A stretch of DNA of 64,000 nucleotides from Octopus sinensis (Eukaryota). A program made the position numbers and the translations under genes. The stretch is taken from contig NC_043008.1 of assembly GCF_006345805.1 (NCBI RefSeq), positions 41,416,001 through 41,480,000 on the forward strand, in the 5' to 3' direction. The notes beneath the pieces were generated by a model. The model saw only the letters and a list, made by a program, of their open reading frames with translations. It did not search any database and was not told the origin of the DNA. Below, piece after piece: positions 1-13,829 of this stretch (positions within the stretch are counted from its first letter, which is position 1; every line of letters begins with the position of its first letter).

Positions 1-134
1 CAGCATTCCCATTGCTGGCCTTGTGCCAAAATTTTAAACAAGTCTTCATTATTATTATTATTTGTTGCTGATTCCTTTAAAAGTTGTATGCGTGTGTGTG
101 TGTGTGTGTATATATATTTGTGTGTGTGTGTATA

Positions 135-351
135 TGTTTGTGTGTCTGTGTTTGTCCCCACCCCAACATCGCTTCACAACTGATGCTGGTGTGTTTACGT
201 CCCCGTAACTTAGCGGTTCGGCAAAGGAGAACGATAGAATAAGTACTAGGCTTACAAATGATAAGTCCTGGGGTCGATTTGCTCGACTAGAGGCTGTGCT
301 CCAGCATGGCCACAGTCAAATGACTGAAACAAGTAAAAGAGTAAAAGAGTA
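135..351 (+). mobile_element. SINE family A, 3' half
   Basis: Shares the body and the GACTGAAACAAGTAAAAGAGTA tail with nine other copies in the window. Confidence 0.85.
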
Positions 352-1004
352 ATTTTGCTCCAATAATTCTCGATACTTTTCAGGTGTAATTGATGGAGTT
401 AACTTTCATTTTGTTTATTATTTCAAACAAGGATTGCTCTGGGAAAATGTGTAACGTCTCACCCTGCTGGAATTATAAAACAATATCGGGCATTTAAAAT
501 AATTTCATTTCTGTTTCATTGTCTAACTGTAAATCAAGAAATTATTTCATGTTTTATAGGAATCACCCACAAAATAAATTACATTAAACGAAGAAAAAGT
601 GTAATTAAATTGATAATAATAGAAAATTTGAATTAATGATGCAAAAATAATTTGTAAAGAAAGTTTTTTAAAATTCCTGACACTCGATGATAAAAGTGAA
701 CGAATACAGGCAAATCTTTTAACAGAAAATACAGTCGGCGAAATTATAGATTTTACGGAACCGTTAAAGCTGTATTTTCCCCTGTCACGACCAGATTTCA
801 AATCTTTCAGAAATGGACATTGCTCTCCATTTCTCTAGAGCCCGATAAAGCAAGTGCTAGCCTATGGTGGTAGATTTTATTGTTCTTGTCGTGTTCGTTG
901 TCGGCGTCGTCGTCGTCGTCGTCGACATCAGCGGCGGCTAAATCTGGCATCAGAGAACTCAGTTTCGTCTTTGCTTAACACTTCCTTTATGGCGATGACG
1001 TTTT

Positions 1005-1427
1005 TTTACTCTTTTGCTCCTTTATTTGTTTCAGTCATTTGACTGCGGCCATGCTGGAGCACCGCCTTTAGTCGAGCAAATCGACTCCAGGACTTATTCC
1101 TTGTAAGCCTTGTAGCTATTATATCGGACTCTTTTGCAGAACCGCTAAGTTACGGGGACGTAAACACACCAGCATCGGTTGTCAAGCGATGTTGGGGGAA
1201 CAAACACAGACACACAAACATATACATACACACGCACACACACACACACACACATATATATATACGACGGGCTTCTTTCAGTTTCCGTCTACCAAATCCA
1301 CTCACAAGGCTTTGGGCGGCCTGAGGCTATAGTAGAATACACTTGCCCAAGGTGCCACGCAGTGGGACTGAACACGGAACTATGTGATTGGTAAGGAAGC
1401 TACTTACCCCACAGTCTCTCCTGCGCC
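1005..1427 (-). mobile_element. SINE family A, full copy
   Basis: tRNA-like head (GGCGCAGGAG..GTGGTAAG..GTTCAGTCCC), CORE-like CCTTGGGCAAGT, internal (CA/TA)n, AAAAGAGT tail. Confidence 0.88.
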
Positions 1428-1431
1428 ACTC

Positions 1432-1598
1432 CTGCGTTGATGACTAAATACACAAATTCTTGCACAGAAGAGTCGATGACATTGCCTGCATGGTAATTCT
1501 GATGGAGGACGAGTTTGATTTTCTGAGTATTTCTCTCCTGCTGTTTGGTGTCTTCTTCTGCTCTTCTGGTGGCGTCGAAGTAATTCACTTTGTCTATA
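1432..1598 (-). mobile_element. 3' end of an RTE-like LINE ORF (C2H2-type tail), truncated by a SINE
   Basis: A minus frame not in the ORF track reads RHQKSRRRHQ...PPSELPCRQCHRLFCARICVFSHQR, resembling the CxxCxRxFxARIGLxSHxR terminus of RTE-type LINEs. Confidence 0.6.
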
Positions 1599-2018
1599 TT
1601 ATTACATATTTTATGACATTGATGTATTATGAGAAACACTTCCTTTAATCCAGTCATGATAGAAACATTTTGGTGCTTAATGACTGGTATTTTATTTTAT
1701 TTAATCTTTATTCAAGGAATTTTTCGACACTGAAACATATTCCTAATATATTCCAATATACTAGAGTCATATATTTCACTAAGTAACGTATTAGAGACAT
1801 GCAAACAAATTGCCTCATCTATTTCCAACGTATTTTACCTTGTCACACTTACCCTTTTTAATTGCTCGAGTTTTATTGCTGAAATACATTTAAATTCTCT
1901 AATAGCACCTAACATATTGTACATACTTGAGTCTATACATACGTAATTTCTTTAAGTGATGCCTTGGTTTTCATATTTCATCAAATTGCACTTATACCTA
2001 CAGATATTTTTGCTTTTT

Positions 2019-2083
<65 letters not shown>
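2019..2083. repeat. (GTA)n microsatellite
   Basis: Directly visible. Confidence 0.97.
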
Positions 2084-3158
2084 TGCAGCAGTAGTTGTAC
2101 TAGCTGATGCACTACTTACTAACTGTGACAGTATTTGCGGCTTCATATCTGCTTATTTGCTATTCTCATCAGAGAAACTTTAATGCGATGCATTTTTGAT
2201 AGAATCATTAGTTTTATCAATATCATTGTTTTTCGTAATCGCCGTCGTCATCACCGCCTTCATACTATCAACATATTAATTTTTCCCTCTCACTTCCTTA
2301 CAAAACAGATCACAATACTCTGGTTTTGCCAACTTTTTTTCCAAAATGTTATCAGTTGTATTCTGCTTATATTTTAGAGTATGCTAATATACAAGGCGAC
2401 AGTTTATTTCCTGCTGTATTTGTGATCAGCTATATTTTGCTGTATTCAGATGAAATCTTGGTATATTCGTTTCCATTATCGATGCATTGATCGCTCGCTG
2501 ACATGTGGGCATTTATTACGGCCTTGTGATAAACTTGGGCAACATTTAAATTAATCGTCTTTTGTTTATCTCCACTGTCTTCTTATTAATGGATAATATC
2601 GCTTCGTATCTAAAACAGACAGACACAATGTCATCCTCTATTTATCACGAATGTCGACTACATGAATCTCAGTGAAACATTGTAAAATAATAAAATACCT
2701 AAGCACAAACGTTAGCTTCGAAGTTGAATTTTCTAATATTATGTGATGTTGACGTCCAGAGCCGGATCGATCTTACTTCTGATAACAAACGTTTCAAGTA
2801 TAACCATTTCTAGTTTGGCTTTATCGAATATTATTTTATGATTCCAAAATGGTTGGGTGATTCCTTCATTCTTCAGCATGATGTGGATATGCATTCGTAT
2901 TTTTCCAGACACATTTTAATACAGTTCGTTTCTTTGTCCTAGGTGGATTGTTTACCCTGTATCAGTCAATCAATGCGTCTGACAGAACATCAGCCCTAAT
3001 ACAATATATTAAGCCATTGTAGTTGGCAGAAGCAACGTTTTACTGAGAAAATTCTAGGTGTGATTGAAAAATTATAATTTTAATAATAATTATTACCTTT
3101 GAAGATTTTTTCCATGCTGGCCACTTGATAAGATCGATATTTAAATTAAAGATCTTAT

Positions 3159-3198
<40 letters not shown>

Positions 3199-3206
3199 GA
3201 GATATA

Positions 3207-3687
3207 ATCAAAATAAGCAACCGGATATCAAGTAGTGATGAAGTACGACCATTTCAAGCGGCTCCATTTAATTGAACAATGTAATCAAATCATTACATCA
3301 ATTTAAACGCAGTGCCATATTCAGCTGCACAAATAAATAAACAGAATTTTAAGCAGTTGGACACATTCATATAACTTTTCTCAAATAATCTTGCCTTTAA
3401 CAGGTAATTAACATACATGAATGAATATTAAACTGATTCTACGTAATCTTCCTTCTTAACGTTTATAATTGACACATATACACATTATAATTGATATATA
3501 CACACATTTTGACATTTTACCCATTAATGTGTCCGACTGGTTAAAATTCTATTTATTTATATGTGCAGCTGAAGATGGCACTACATTTAAATAGATGTAA
3601 TGATTGCATTGTTCAATTAAATGTAGCCGCTTGAAACTGAAATGGTCGTACTGCATCATTACTTGATATCCTGTTGCTTATTTTGAT
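3207..3687. repeat. Long inverted repeat (arms about 3207-3370 and 3523-3687)
   Basis: Arms align in reverse complement over about 165 bp (atcaaaataagcaa...ggacacatt) and abut a (TA)n tract. Confidence 0.92.
3564..3655 (+). ncRNA. Type I hammerhead-like motif with long helix II
   Basis: TGCAG-CTGAAGA-TGGC(AC)TACATTTAA...TTAAATGTAGCCG-CTT-GAAAC...GTA-CTGCA. Stem I TGCAG/CTGCA and a GUA site, but a non-canonical CTT insert before GAAA. Confidence 0.45.
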
Positions 3688-3784
3688 GTTATTCACTTTA
3701 CTTCGATTTGTGCAGATAATACCAGACTGACTTGGTGCTTGAACTTAAATACCTAATTCAACTGAATCTTAATTACACACACAC

Positions 3785-3842
<58 letters not shown>

Positions 3843-5553
3843 GTATATCCCATATTTGGAATTTTTGCGTGTGAAACACTCTTCTCCCTTCTAAAGTTAG
3901 TGATGATACATGCTTCTAGATCAGAGTACTAGAAAGTAAATACAAATAACTTATGTATTGCAAAATTTTTATCCAAAGTGTAGAATTAATTCCAAAAGAA
4001 TCGTAACTGAAATATTTGACAGCTATAAGAAAAGTAATACTGTTATTATTTGGGCATATAACATAAGAAACACATCGGATGATAGCGAAGAGGATGCACT
4101 TATAGTTGCCTTGTATGTACACATAAATTTCGACCTTAATAACGATAGAGAAAAATGGAAGAATCGTACGTGGGAATGGGGATAAAATAAAAGGACAATA
4201 GATACATTCCATAAAAAAACAGGGTTGAGTATCGCAACGGTAAAAAAGCCATTATTAAAAAAAACATGGTCATATTTCAAAATTCACATAAAGACACTTT
4301 CGTTTTAGTTAAAGTACCATATATTTTATTCTAAATGGTACAAGGAAATCGCACCACGGCATGTATGTCAGTACATTGCCGAGTACATTGCCGGGACGTT
4401 CTTTATTTTAAACATGTAAAAAAAACCTTGAAAATTAAAAAGTAAAAACGGAAGAGATCCTATTAACCAAGAATACTTTTGACTATTGTGTCTTACATAA
4501 TTTTGTTCAGGTAGGTTGTTGATGCGAGCATCGATAAATGAAAGTAACGGTCCGGGATGAATTTTTAGTTAGTTCTGATACTGAGGCCAGTAAGAATCTA
4601 AACTGTTTTATTTCTCTTTTTCAGTATCATTATTTATAGACTTCAAAATGCATAGAATACGTTACCTTTCTGACCTGCAGCATATTAACTAATATACTAG
4701 AACTGCGCTGGAATTAATCATCTAAAATGTTTAGCTTTACGCTTTTGTATTTCTGTTAACATGAGTATACATCAAACCGTATAAAATTACTTTGATTAAA
4801 ATCATATCGGCCCCGCTAAGTTATGCTGACAACCAGAGCGTGTGAGCGGTTTGATATGATTTTTCCATAATATAGTATTTATACATACATATTTTAAAAC
4901 ACACTTTGGCATTTCATTGACAATACAGATATACTAATACAGTGTAGTTAGGTGAGTCTCATAAAATGATATAAGTCACAAAGTAATATAATTTACCATC
5001 TAGGCTCAATATGAGAGCCTTATTGATCTGTACTGGAGAAGGTTTAACTATTTTTACTGTGTGTTCTGTGATTCGTTATATTTTGTTATAAATTTGTTCC
5101 ACGCTTTTAAAACTTCCGTGTGCTAGGTGCAACAATGTACATTGAAACGTAAGTGACAGCAGCCATTCATAAGCTTCAACATCCAACTGTTATACACACA
5201 GCCTACACTGGCATAAAGAAGAAAATATTCATAAATATTTACGATTGGTCTTGTAACATTTTAGTTGCTTTCAACATTGCCCTGGAACAATAACTTTACG
5301 ACAATACGTAAACTCGAACAGCACGCAACTTAATCCTGCAGGGATGCTATAAAATCTACGCTTGCCAGTCTTACCATAAAAATACTTCAGTAAATTGACT
5401 GGACCTATGGCCTCATACTGGTTTCAAGTTGTAAGCGATAGTTTGTGTCCTACACTAATGTAATCAAACGCAAACAGACAGGCAAATAAATGGATAGATA
5501 GATAGGCTGGTAGGTATGTAAGTAGGTAGATATATATATATATATATATATAT

Positions 5554-5555
<2 letters not shown>

Positions 5556-5636
<81 letters not shown>
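5556..5636. repeat. (AGAT)n microsatellite
   Basis: Directly visible. Confidence 0.97.
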
Positions 5637-7309
5637 TTATTAATCTACGATTTTCACATTGATTAGGCAACATGCGTTATGTGTATGATTACTGAGGTTG
5701 CGAACTCTAGATGCCTGCAGACAAAGACCTAAGACACACCGTTTTGCATACATTGTTATTTAATCGAATATTTCGAAAACATTTTCTCATGCAAACTTTA
5801 TTAATTCTGGCCATAATTTCCTCAAGTTTTGTTAATTTTATGTTGCTTGCAATTGTACAAGAATTATTACTTGATTCTATCCACAAATACACACAGAGAG
5901 AAAAACGCATACACACACACACATACACACATATATATATGCACCTCTTAGTAACAAAAATATAAACATATAGCCGTATATGTGTGTTTGTTTTTTATGA
6001 GTATATATGTGTATAAGTTTATTCACAAACATATAAAACTTTCAGTTGGTGTCGGCGTAGGAAGGCGCTAACGTATATTAATACATATGTATATGTGTAT
6101 GTGTGGATAAATTTAGTGAGTTTCCCTCTGTGTGTGTGTATGATTGTTTGTGTATCTTTGCGTGTTTGTGTATGTATAGGTAGGTGTCTACATACAAATA
6201 CATACTTGCATGTGAGTTTCACTGCGTCTGTATATGTGCAATCGTAAACATAGATATATTCATTCACGCGCCATGCAAACTACGTAATTAGCACTATCCA
6301 ATAAGCATTCACTGATGCTTACATATAATAAAATTCCTAGCGGAGAACCTGAGAAATGTGCAAAGACGTAAAGAGTCGAATTTATCTCATTATGACTGAC
6401 ATATTAGATCAACAAGAATAATTTGCTAATGTCATATTTGCTGAAATTTCCATTTGATCTTAATTCTAAAAGTTCAGGTGAATCTGAAAATCTGAAGTTT
6501 CATCGAGGCAGTTAGTAGATACGTTGAAATAGTTTGCACTGCAGAATTAAGGAAGACCTTCTGTAAGTTGCCAAAATATCTGAAGCACGAAGAATTGTTT
6601 GATGAAGCGTAAATCCAACAGATAATGTAATTTGAATATGTGATTTGCAAAATTCCAGTCGAGTTACAGAGGTCAGGTTTGGATCATGATATGTAATAAT
6701 TCTGACATACCCGCAAACTATCTCCTAATAGATCTGCTGTTAATATCGATATAACATATAACAAAGGTTTGTTGCCTCGTATTCATAGCTTATATTCTTG
6801 CAATGTCTTCTGCCAAAAAGCTTTTATAAGATCGTAACATTGAGAATCAATGCTAGTTATTATCTATGTAGCCAAAATGTTAAATGCGGAAAAAGAAAAG
6901 AAGAAAGGTAAAGAAAGAAAGCAAATAAAGAATTGCGTAGGAAATTATTTCTCACACCGAAAAATGTTTTAATATATATGCTAAATACGCATACACAAGC
7001 ACAGCCATTCGGATATACATTCAATATATATGTAGCGAGAAGCGAGAGAGATAAATGAAACGGATGTCTGAATGTACACGGTAATACGGTAATAATATGA
7101 CAGTTGTAAACACGAACTGAACACCTTTGCTATCATAAATAATCAAGAGGTGTGATAAGTCGCCTGTTTAGAATTTTATATTTATATGTTTGCGCATTCC
7201 GCTTACCAAATTCGCTGGATTTGCATACACACACATACACACATGTATATATCTGTGTGTATGTGTGTGAGTGTGTTTGTGCGCGCGCGTGTGTGTGTCT
7301 ATGTATATA

Positions 7310-8118
7310 CAGGGTGTTCGGGCTAAATTTGACACGTTGCATAAAGGAAAAGAAAATGTAATATTCCAACCAAAAATAAAATCAAAATGTCGCAACTAGA
7401 TTATGGCTGTAAGATAAGCTTTTCCTCAAAACGTACTCGCCCTCGGCTTCCGCTAGGGTCTCAAGACAGCTCCGAAACCTGGTCCCATACTTTCCTCACA
7501 GTGTCTCTAAGAAGATCCTCGACCACCTCTTCCATCTTGCTGCAGACAGAGCGATTGGTGTGATTCTCAACACCGCCTAACAGATACAAATCCATGGTAT
7601 TACAATCGGGTAATTAGGACACCAGAAATTAGGGTTAGTCAAGTGGTAGATATTTTCCGACAACCACTTCTGACACTTTCCTGGTGTACAGCAAGGTTCT
7701 GATTACTCCTATCACACATATGGTCTTCCAGCATCAACCCCTGCAGCTAGGGATTGACCATACTCTGCAACAGCCTCACATAGCCGTCTAAACTGAGTCC
7801 TTGTTCAAGGATGCGGAGTGGTATAACATCTTTCTCAGTAGGGTTATATCCAAAGACCTCTACATTTTCAGAGAATTTACAGTATACATGGAGTTTTGAG
7901 CAATAGTCATTTTGTGTGTATTTTGATACCTGGCGCAAATAATCATGATACAAGTAATTCTTTCCTGATATTCTCATGGCTTTTAGTCACCCATGTCAAC
8001 TAACCTTTTTTATCTAAAACTTAAGGCTTTATGTTCTCCATGGACTGCTCGCTAATACATCAGGCGCTTCCTGACAAAAGGATACATAAATATCTACAAC
8101 TTTATCCAGTACACCGTG
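7310..8118 (-). mobile_element. Internally deleted, degenerate maT/DD37D-like Tc1/mariner element
   Basis: TA|CAGGGTGTTCGGCTAAATTTG at 7310 and a related inverted end (CACGGTGTACTGGATAAAGTTG on the minus strand) ending at 8118. The minus strand encodes broken transposase C-terminal segments (EKDVIPLRILEQGLSLDGYVRLLQSMVNP; further decayed pieces ending in an AEGEYV-like terminus). Subfamily assignment is from recalled motifs. Confidence 0.7.
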
Positions 8119-8146
8119 TGTGTATATATATATATATATATACATA

Positions 8147-8272
8147 TAATCGACCTCGAAAGGATGAAAGGCAAAGTCGACCACGGCGGAATTTGAACTC
8201 AGAATGTAACGGCAGACAAAATACCGCTAAGCATTTCGCCCGGCGCGCTAATGTTTCTGCCAGCTCACTGCC

Positions 8273-8273
<1 letters not shown>
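8147..8273 (-). mobile_element. SINE family B, 5' part
   Basis: Homology to 54381-54612. Confidence 0.8.
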
Positions 8274-8304
<31 letters not shown>

Positions 8305-8305
8305 G

Positions 8306-8404
<99 letters not shown>

Positions 8405-8723
8405 CAAACATATTATATTTCGTCTAACCTAAATTGTGATTATACATAAAAACTGCTTAGCGCATTTACTCATGTATATGACCAGAGAGGGTTGTACCTC
8501 TCTAAGTATAGACCTATGAGTCGGAGAGCCTGTGTTGTTACCATTGTTTGGCTCTCTCGAGGTTTGCTTTACCTCACAACAGCCAGTGGACATACCTGAC
8601 CACAGTGTCGTATTTTCTTTTGTTTTCGCGTTGCGCGAGCTTACAGCATTCATTAACAATATGGCTTATACTTTCTCCCTTCTCAGAGGACATCCTACAG
8701 TGACGAGTTAGTGCTTTTACCAA

Positions 8724-8848
8724 TGTGATATTGCCTTTCATCCTCGCGGTGTCGATAAATTAAGTACCAGTGTAATACTGAGGTCGATGTAATCGATTAG
8801 TCCCCTCGCCCCAGATTTTAGGCCTTGTACCTATAGTAGAAACTATTA
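8724..8848 (+). mobile_element. SINE family B, 3' part
   Basis: Body plus GGCCTTGT...ATTATT tail. Confidence 0.7.
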
Positions 8849-9845
8849 TTATTATTGCTATTGTTGTTGTTGTTGTGTGTGTGTACGCGTATGTGTGTGT
8901 GCGAGATTTCAAATTTCAAAGACAAGAAATATATCACGTGTATAGCCCTTACAACTCCATCAGGAGCAAAAACCTTCCTTATACATGTGCCTTTGTTCAC
9001 GTGTAGACTTATATATACATATACATACGTCTACTTATATAAAATCATACATATATGTATCCGTGTATTATATTTGTATGTGTGGTAGGTGTATTGTCAC
9101 TGAATGTAATGGTTTCTTCGATTGGGAACAAAGAAAGGTTTTTTTGAATATTGGTATTTGGTCACTCTTTTATCGACCACCGGAAGGATGAATGACAAAG
9201 ATGGTCGCAATGGAAGTTAAAATCAAAACGTGAAAATTAGGGAAAATATATCCCCGCAAAGCATTTCTTTCGTAACACTCAAGCAATTTTGCCAGCTTTT
9301 AAATATACCTTCTTGAATGGTATATATATATAATAATATAATGAACTACATTGTCACCTGAGATTTTAGGTGTCACTTTCATTTACAGATTATTCCTGTA
9401 TCCGAAGGTTCATCATCTCAAAGAGAAGACGAGAGATAAGAGAAAAAAAATGAATATAATTGAATTCGCAACGCCTTTCTTCCCACTGGAACGTTTTCTG
9501 TAAAAAAGAAGTATATCTGATGTTCTATAATATTCCATATAATACATGGCTTCGTGGCCATTATCGACATGATAATAAAACTACTATTATTAGGAACATG
9601 AAAATAGAACTAATGTTATTATCAACAGAAAAATAGAATTAGTAGCGATTTTGCCGAAATGTATAATACAGAACCTTGTCGTTCTGAAATTTAAGATGAA
9701 GCCCAGTTGACACCATATAATACTTTCTTTCAAAATCAGTCACCAATAATATTTCGTATCACCATTACGCTTAAGATATATATATGTGCTCAGAAGAAGT
9801 GCTCTAATGATATTCACGTAACATGTCGCTTTGACCTTATTTCTC

Positions 9846-10310
9846 TCAATATAACGTCTCCTCGAGTGACCAATCCAACCTTATCAAACCCAAATATATC
9901 AGAAATTCACAGCAAAGTATCGGGGTCGTTAGAACCGTTCGACATATTGGTTGACTCCCTACATTCTGCGTAGCGTACACATCTCGCTGAGGCCAGCTTT
10001 TCCTTCCGTTATTTCGAGTTCTATAAAAATTTACCAATTCAAGGCGGTTGATAGGCGGAAACATAAAGGTGTCGGATAGACGTGTTATGGTATTTCCTCC
10101 GCCTCTTTCCGTTCTAAGTTCAAACAACGCCGTGGCCAACTTGAGTGGGAGACTTAAACTGGCCCATGGGTTAACGTCATTTCCCGGGATACTGAATATA
10201 TTTAGTTGAGTTCGCTCTCTTGTATTAATTTCGAATACTCTCTTGAAATTTCGTGGCCAATGCTTATCCTCTGACTTATCAATTATGACAGACGTTGGAA
10301 GAAGCAACAT
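9846..10310 (-). CDS. Unassigned 154-codon ORF in unique, GC-richer sequence
   Basis: Longest non-microsatellite, non-transposon ORF. No recognisable domain. Confidence 0.22.
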   Translation of the reverse strand: MLLLPTSVIIDKSEDKHWPRNFKRVFEINTRERTQLNIFSIPGNDVNPWASLSLPLKLATALFELRTERGGGNTITRLSDTFMFPPINRLELVNFYRTRNNGRKSWPQRDVYATQNVGSQPICRTVLTTPILCCEFLIYLGLIRLDWSLEETLY

Positions 10311-11156
10311 TTAACTATGTTGTAAACTTGTGAGCGTGTAATGTGGACTAAAGTGTAAAAACGGTATACTCATATGTTCATAAATTACTAAGCAAAAACA
10401 CCGTCATTATTACAATCCCCTAATAGAAAAGGGTGCAATATTACACGATTGTAAACATTATATAATAAACAGTGTAATAACCCAACGACTTCAAAAAATT
10501 AACTGCGTGAAAAGATATGTTCGTAGGACGACAAGGGTTTTGTTAGGTCATTTTAACTTTTGCCGCTGTTGGGAGTGTCAAACTGTTGTTCGAATAAACG
10601 TTATGAGACATAGTGTTGGATTCTCTAACAGTTATGGTGACTAGCGTATAGTTGTGGGGACTAATGAATTTGTACATTCAGAACTAAAGTTTTAATGGCT
10701 GAGCATAACACAAGTACTTCTGCTGATACAATTCAGAGGCCAACAGAGCCTGACACACTGTGACAAAGCTGAATTTTTGGATTAGAAACGATCCGAAGTC
10801 AAAGACAAATGAGACGCAGATAGAGACAGAGAGTTGACGAACGTGTGGAAGAAGAATCGACCGCAACACCCAACTAGTATCTTATTTATTGGCCACAAAA
10901 TCTAGATTTAATTTCTGCTTCAATGATACAGCCCATTTGCCGACTTTTCATTAGATACATATGTGTATAAAGTAAAATAGGTACAGAAAGGAGAGCGTTA
11001 CTTGCAATGAGAAGAGTTAAGAGATCATAGAAGGGCAAATTTTAACACCTAAGTATTTTAGCCACGGAAAGAAAAACAATGGTTGGCGTTAATGCCAAAT
11101 ATAGAGAAGATTCAGGTTACAGGGAAAAGGAAAAAGAATGTTGAAAGTATGAACAA

Positions 11157-11539
11157 CTAGCAGTATCACCCGGCGTTTCTCGGGTTTGTAAAGGAAATAA
11201 CTATAAAGCATTTTTAGAGTTATAGCTAAAAAATAGCAAAAAAATGGAAAAAAAATTATGGTAAATTTTTTTTGAGTTAAAAAGGTCGAGTTGCGTCTCC
11301 TAGACAGTCTGTGGTTTGTGTTTCTGATTCTCGACCCCATGTCGAATTTATCGATTTTTTTCAGAACTGGGGGAACTTTTCAAAGTTTTCGCTGCGTTAG
11401 TTTTGAATTATGACATTGGGCTATGTGTGTATCAAGTTTCATCAGAATCGGTTGAAAGCCGTGGTCAGGGTGAGGGTACAACCTAACAGACACACAGACA
11501 CACACACAGACAAACTGCCGTTTATATATAGAGAGAAGA
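11157..11539 (-). mobile_element. Non-autonomous Helitron-like element (second copy)
   Basis: Minus strand starts A|TC(TTCTCTCTATATATAAACGGCAG) and ends cccgagaaacgccgggtgatactgCTAG|T. High similarity to 41108-41428. Confidence 0.8.
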
Positions 11540-11742
11540 TGACATTACATTTTGACTAATTTAACGGTTGAAAAGATTCCCATATTTTGTAAATTTCTAA
11601 AGATTATCACCTGTCTGTAAATGTTAAAATAAAATGTAAGTTAGAAGATAATTAATGATCCTAAAATATATATTAAAATTAATATTTATATTAAAGATTA
11701 AAATTTAGAACCGAACAATATTATTTGATCTACTGAACGACA

Positions 11743-12120
11743 GTGGAGGCGCAATGGTTCAGTGGTTAGGGCAGCGGACTCGCAGTCGTAGGATCGCGGT
11801 TTCGATTCCCAGATCGGGTGTTGTGAGTGTTTATTGTGCGAAGACACCCAAAGCTCAACGAGGCTCCGGCAGCGGCGTGGAGAACCCTGCTGTCCTCTTT
11901 CAACACAGCTTTATCTCACTCTTTCTTCCTGTTTCTCTTGTACCTGTATTTCAAAGGGCCAGCCTTGTCACACTCTGTGTCACACTGAATCTCCCCGAAA
12001 ACTACGTTAACGGTACACGAGTCTGTGGAGTGCTCAGCCACTTGCACGCTAATTTCCCGAGCAGGCTGTTCCGTTGATCTAATTAACTGGAACCTTCTTC
12101 TCGTAACCGACGGAGCGCCA
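11743..12120 (+). mobile_element. SINE family C (tRNA-derived head)
   Basis: A box TGGTTCAGTGG, B box GGTTTCGATTCCC, tail ending GTAACCGACGGAG. Homologous to 22171-22545. Confidence 0.88.
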
Positions 12121-12725
12121 CGACGACTGAGCGATAAAATATGGATAGATGTTTAAAATCTTTGAAAATAGTAAATGTGCGTGAATCTGGAAATATCGAT
12201 TAAAATTTTCATAAAATTGTTATTTTAACTTGAAAATTTAAATTATAGCTAAAACCTAAAAATCATTTCACATTTATGTACATAGGTGAATATGTAAATA
12301 CATTATCGAATTAAACTTGATATGATTAGTTTGAGAAAAATAATTATCCACAAACGGTTATATTGAATGTTGTTTTGAAATGTGATAAAAAATTAGGAAA
12401 ATATGTATCTATTGAAAAGAAATATATAACTATTGTAAAAGCTCATAATTTACTAGAATTTTGCAAATATATGTTATTGGTGTTTTTTTTAGACAAATGC
12501 ATTCTAATGTTCCCTCTACATAATATTTTAGCTTTTAAGAACTACACATTCTCTGGAAAGTTCTGGTCAGGTTGCAGGCTAATTCTCAGCTCAGGTTGTA
12601 GGTTAAACCTCTTACAACTGGAAGGTTCACTCGACTGTTTAGAATTCTTCTCTCACCGTCAATTCTATCGCTAATGCAAAGACCGCAGTATCCTAGATGT
12701 GTTTGTCTTAGAAGTGCATTATTCT

Positions 12726-12920
12726 TTTCTACTCTAGGCACAAGGACCGAAATTTGTGGGGAGATGGCTCGTCGATTAGATCGACCCCAGGACGCTACTG
12801 GTACTTAATTTATCGACTCCGAAAGCATGAAAGGCAAAGTCCACCTCGGTGGAACTTGATCTCAGAACACAAAGAAGTCGAAATAACTCTAAGCATTTCG
12901 TCCAGCATGCTAACGTTTCT
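12726..12920 (-). mobile_element. SINE family B
   Basis: Homology to the other copies. Confidence 0.75.
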
Positions 12921-13131
12921 GACGGCGCGCCGCATTAGAACTCCATCATTAGGGGGCTACAGGGCACCTGATCTCTCCAAATCAGGGAATTATTGCAGGG
13001 ACAAAACTTCAATTTCCATTTCCGTACTAATCCACATGCCGAGTCTTTTCTCCCCATAACACAGGCTGACTGGAGGGAGAGAGAGAGAAAGAGAGAGGGG
13101 GTAGATGGATAGAGAGAGAGAAATTATATAT

Positions 13132-13171
<40 letters not shown>

Positions 13172-13234
13172 TATATACATATCAAAAAAATGTCAAGGTA
13201 GTTAATGCTAAAATAATTTTGTAAAAAAATATTT

Positions 13235-13270
13235 CAGTACCGGTTTCAGTCATTCAGTCTTTTTCAACTG
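13235..13270 (-). ncRNA. Minimal type I hammerhead motif, U3-A8 variant (inverted partner copy)
   Basis: CAG-TTGAAAA-AGAC tgaat GACT-GAAA-CCGGT-A-CTG. The two copies together imply an AGTC/GACT helix II. Confidence 0.55.
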
Positions 13271-13829
13271 TAAGTATGTAAAACAATTAAACTTTGGAAA
13301 ATTAAAAGAAAAGTTTTTTTTCAAAGAATATTTGCATAGTATTCAAATACAAGGGGCATTTTCCTTGTTTCTGTATGTCTCTGTCTCTCGTTTACACAAC
13401 TGGGTTCGAGGTACTTGTGAATTCTTGGCAGGGAAGAAGAAGAAGATGAAGAAGGAGGAGGAGCAGGAGGAGGAGCAGGAGAAGAAGTAGAATGCGGAAG
13501 TGCCATATAGTATGATCCTAAATGGTCAAGTTCCTACTACCATCCCTAGTAAGTCACTTTCAGGACACTTGACCATTTAACATCCTACTACTCTCAAGGC
13601 ACTCCCGCATTCTTCTTCTCCTCTTCCTCCTCCTCCTTCTTCTTTTCCCTCTCCTTCTTCTTCTTGGCTGTCAAGAATTCACAGCTACCTCGAACCCACA
13701 AGAGTAAACAAGAGAGACAGAGTTAAGCAGAAACAAGTAAAATGTTCCTTGTATTTGAATACTATGCAAATATTCTTTTAAAAAACTGTTCTTTTATTTT
13801 TTAAAAAATTTAATTGTTTGCCATATTTA

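Noticed and set aside
547-838. ORFs open on both strands near the window start
   Set aside because: AT-rich, no domain, and the plus frames are broken by a frameshift or stop.
11743-11812. tRNA-like sequences (also at 22171, 30520 and 44900-44975)
   Set aside because: A and B boxes are present but acceptor stems are incomplete and SINE bodies follow, so these are SINE heads rather than tRNA genes.
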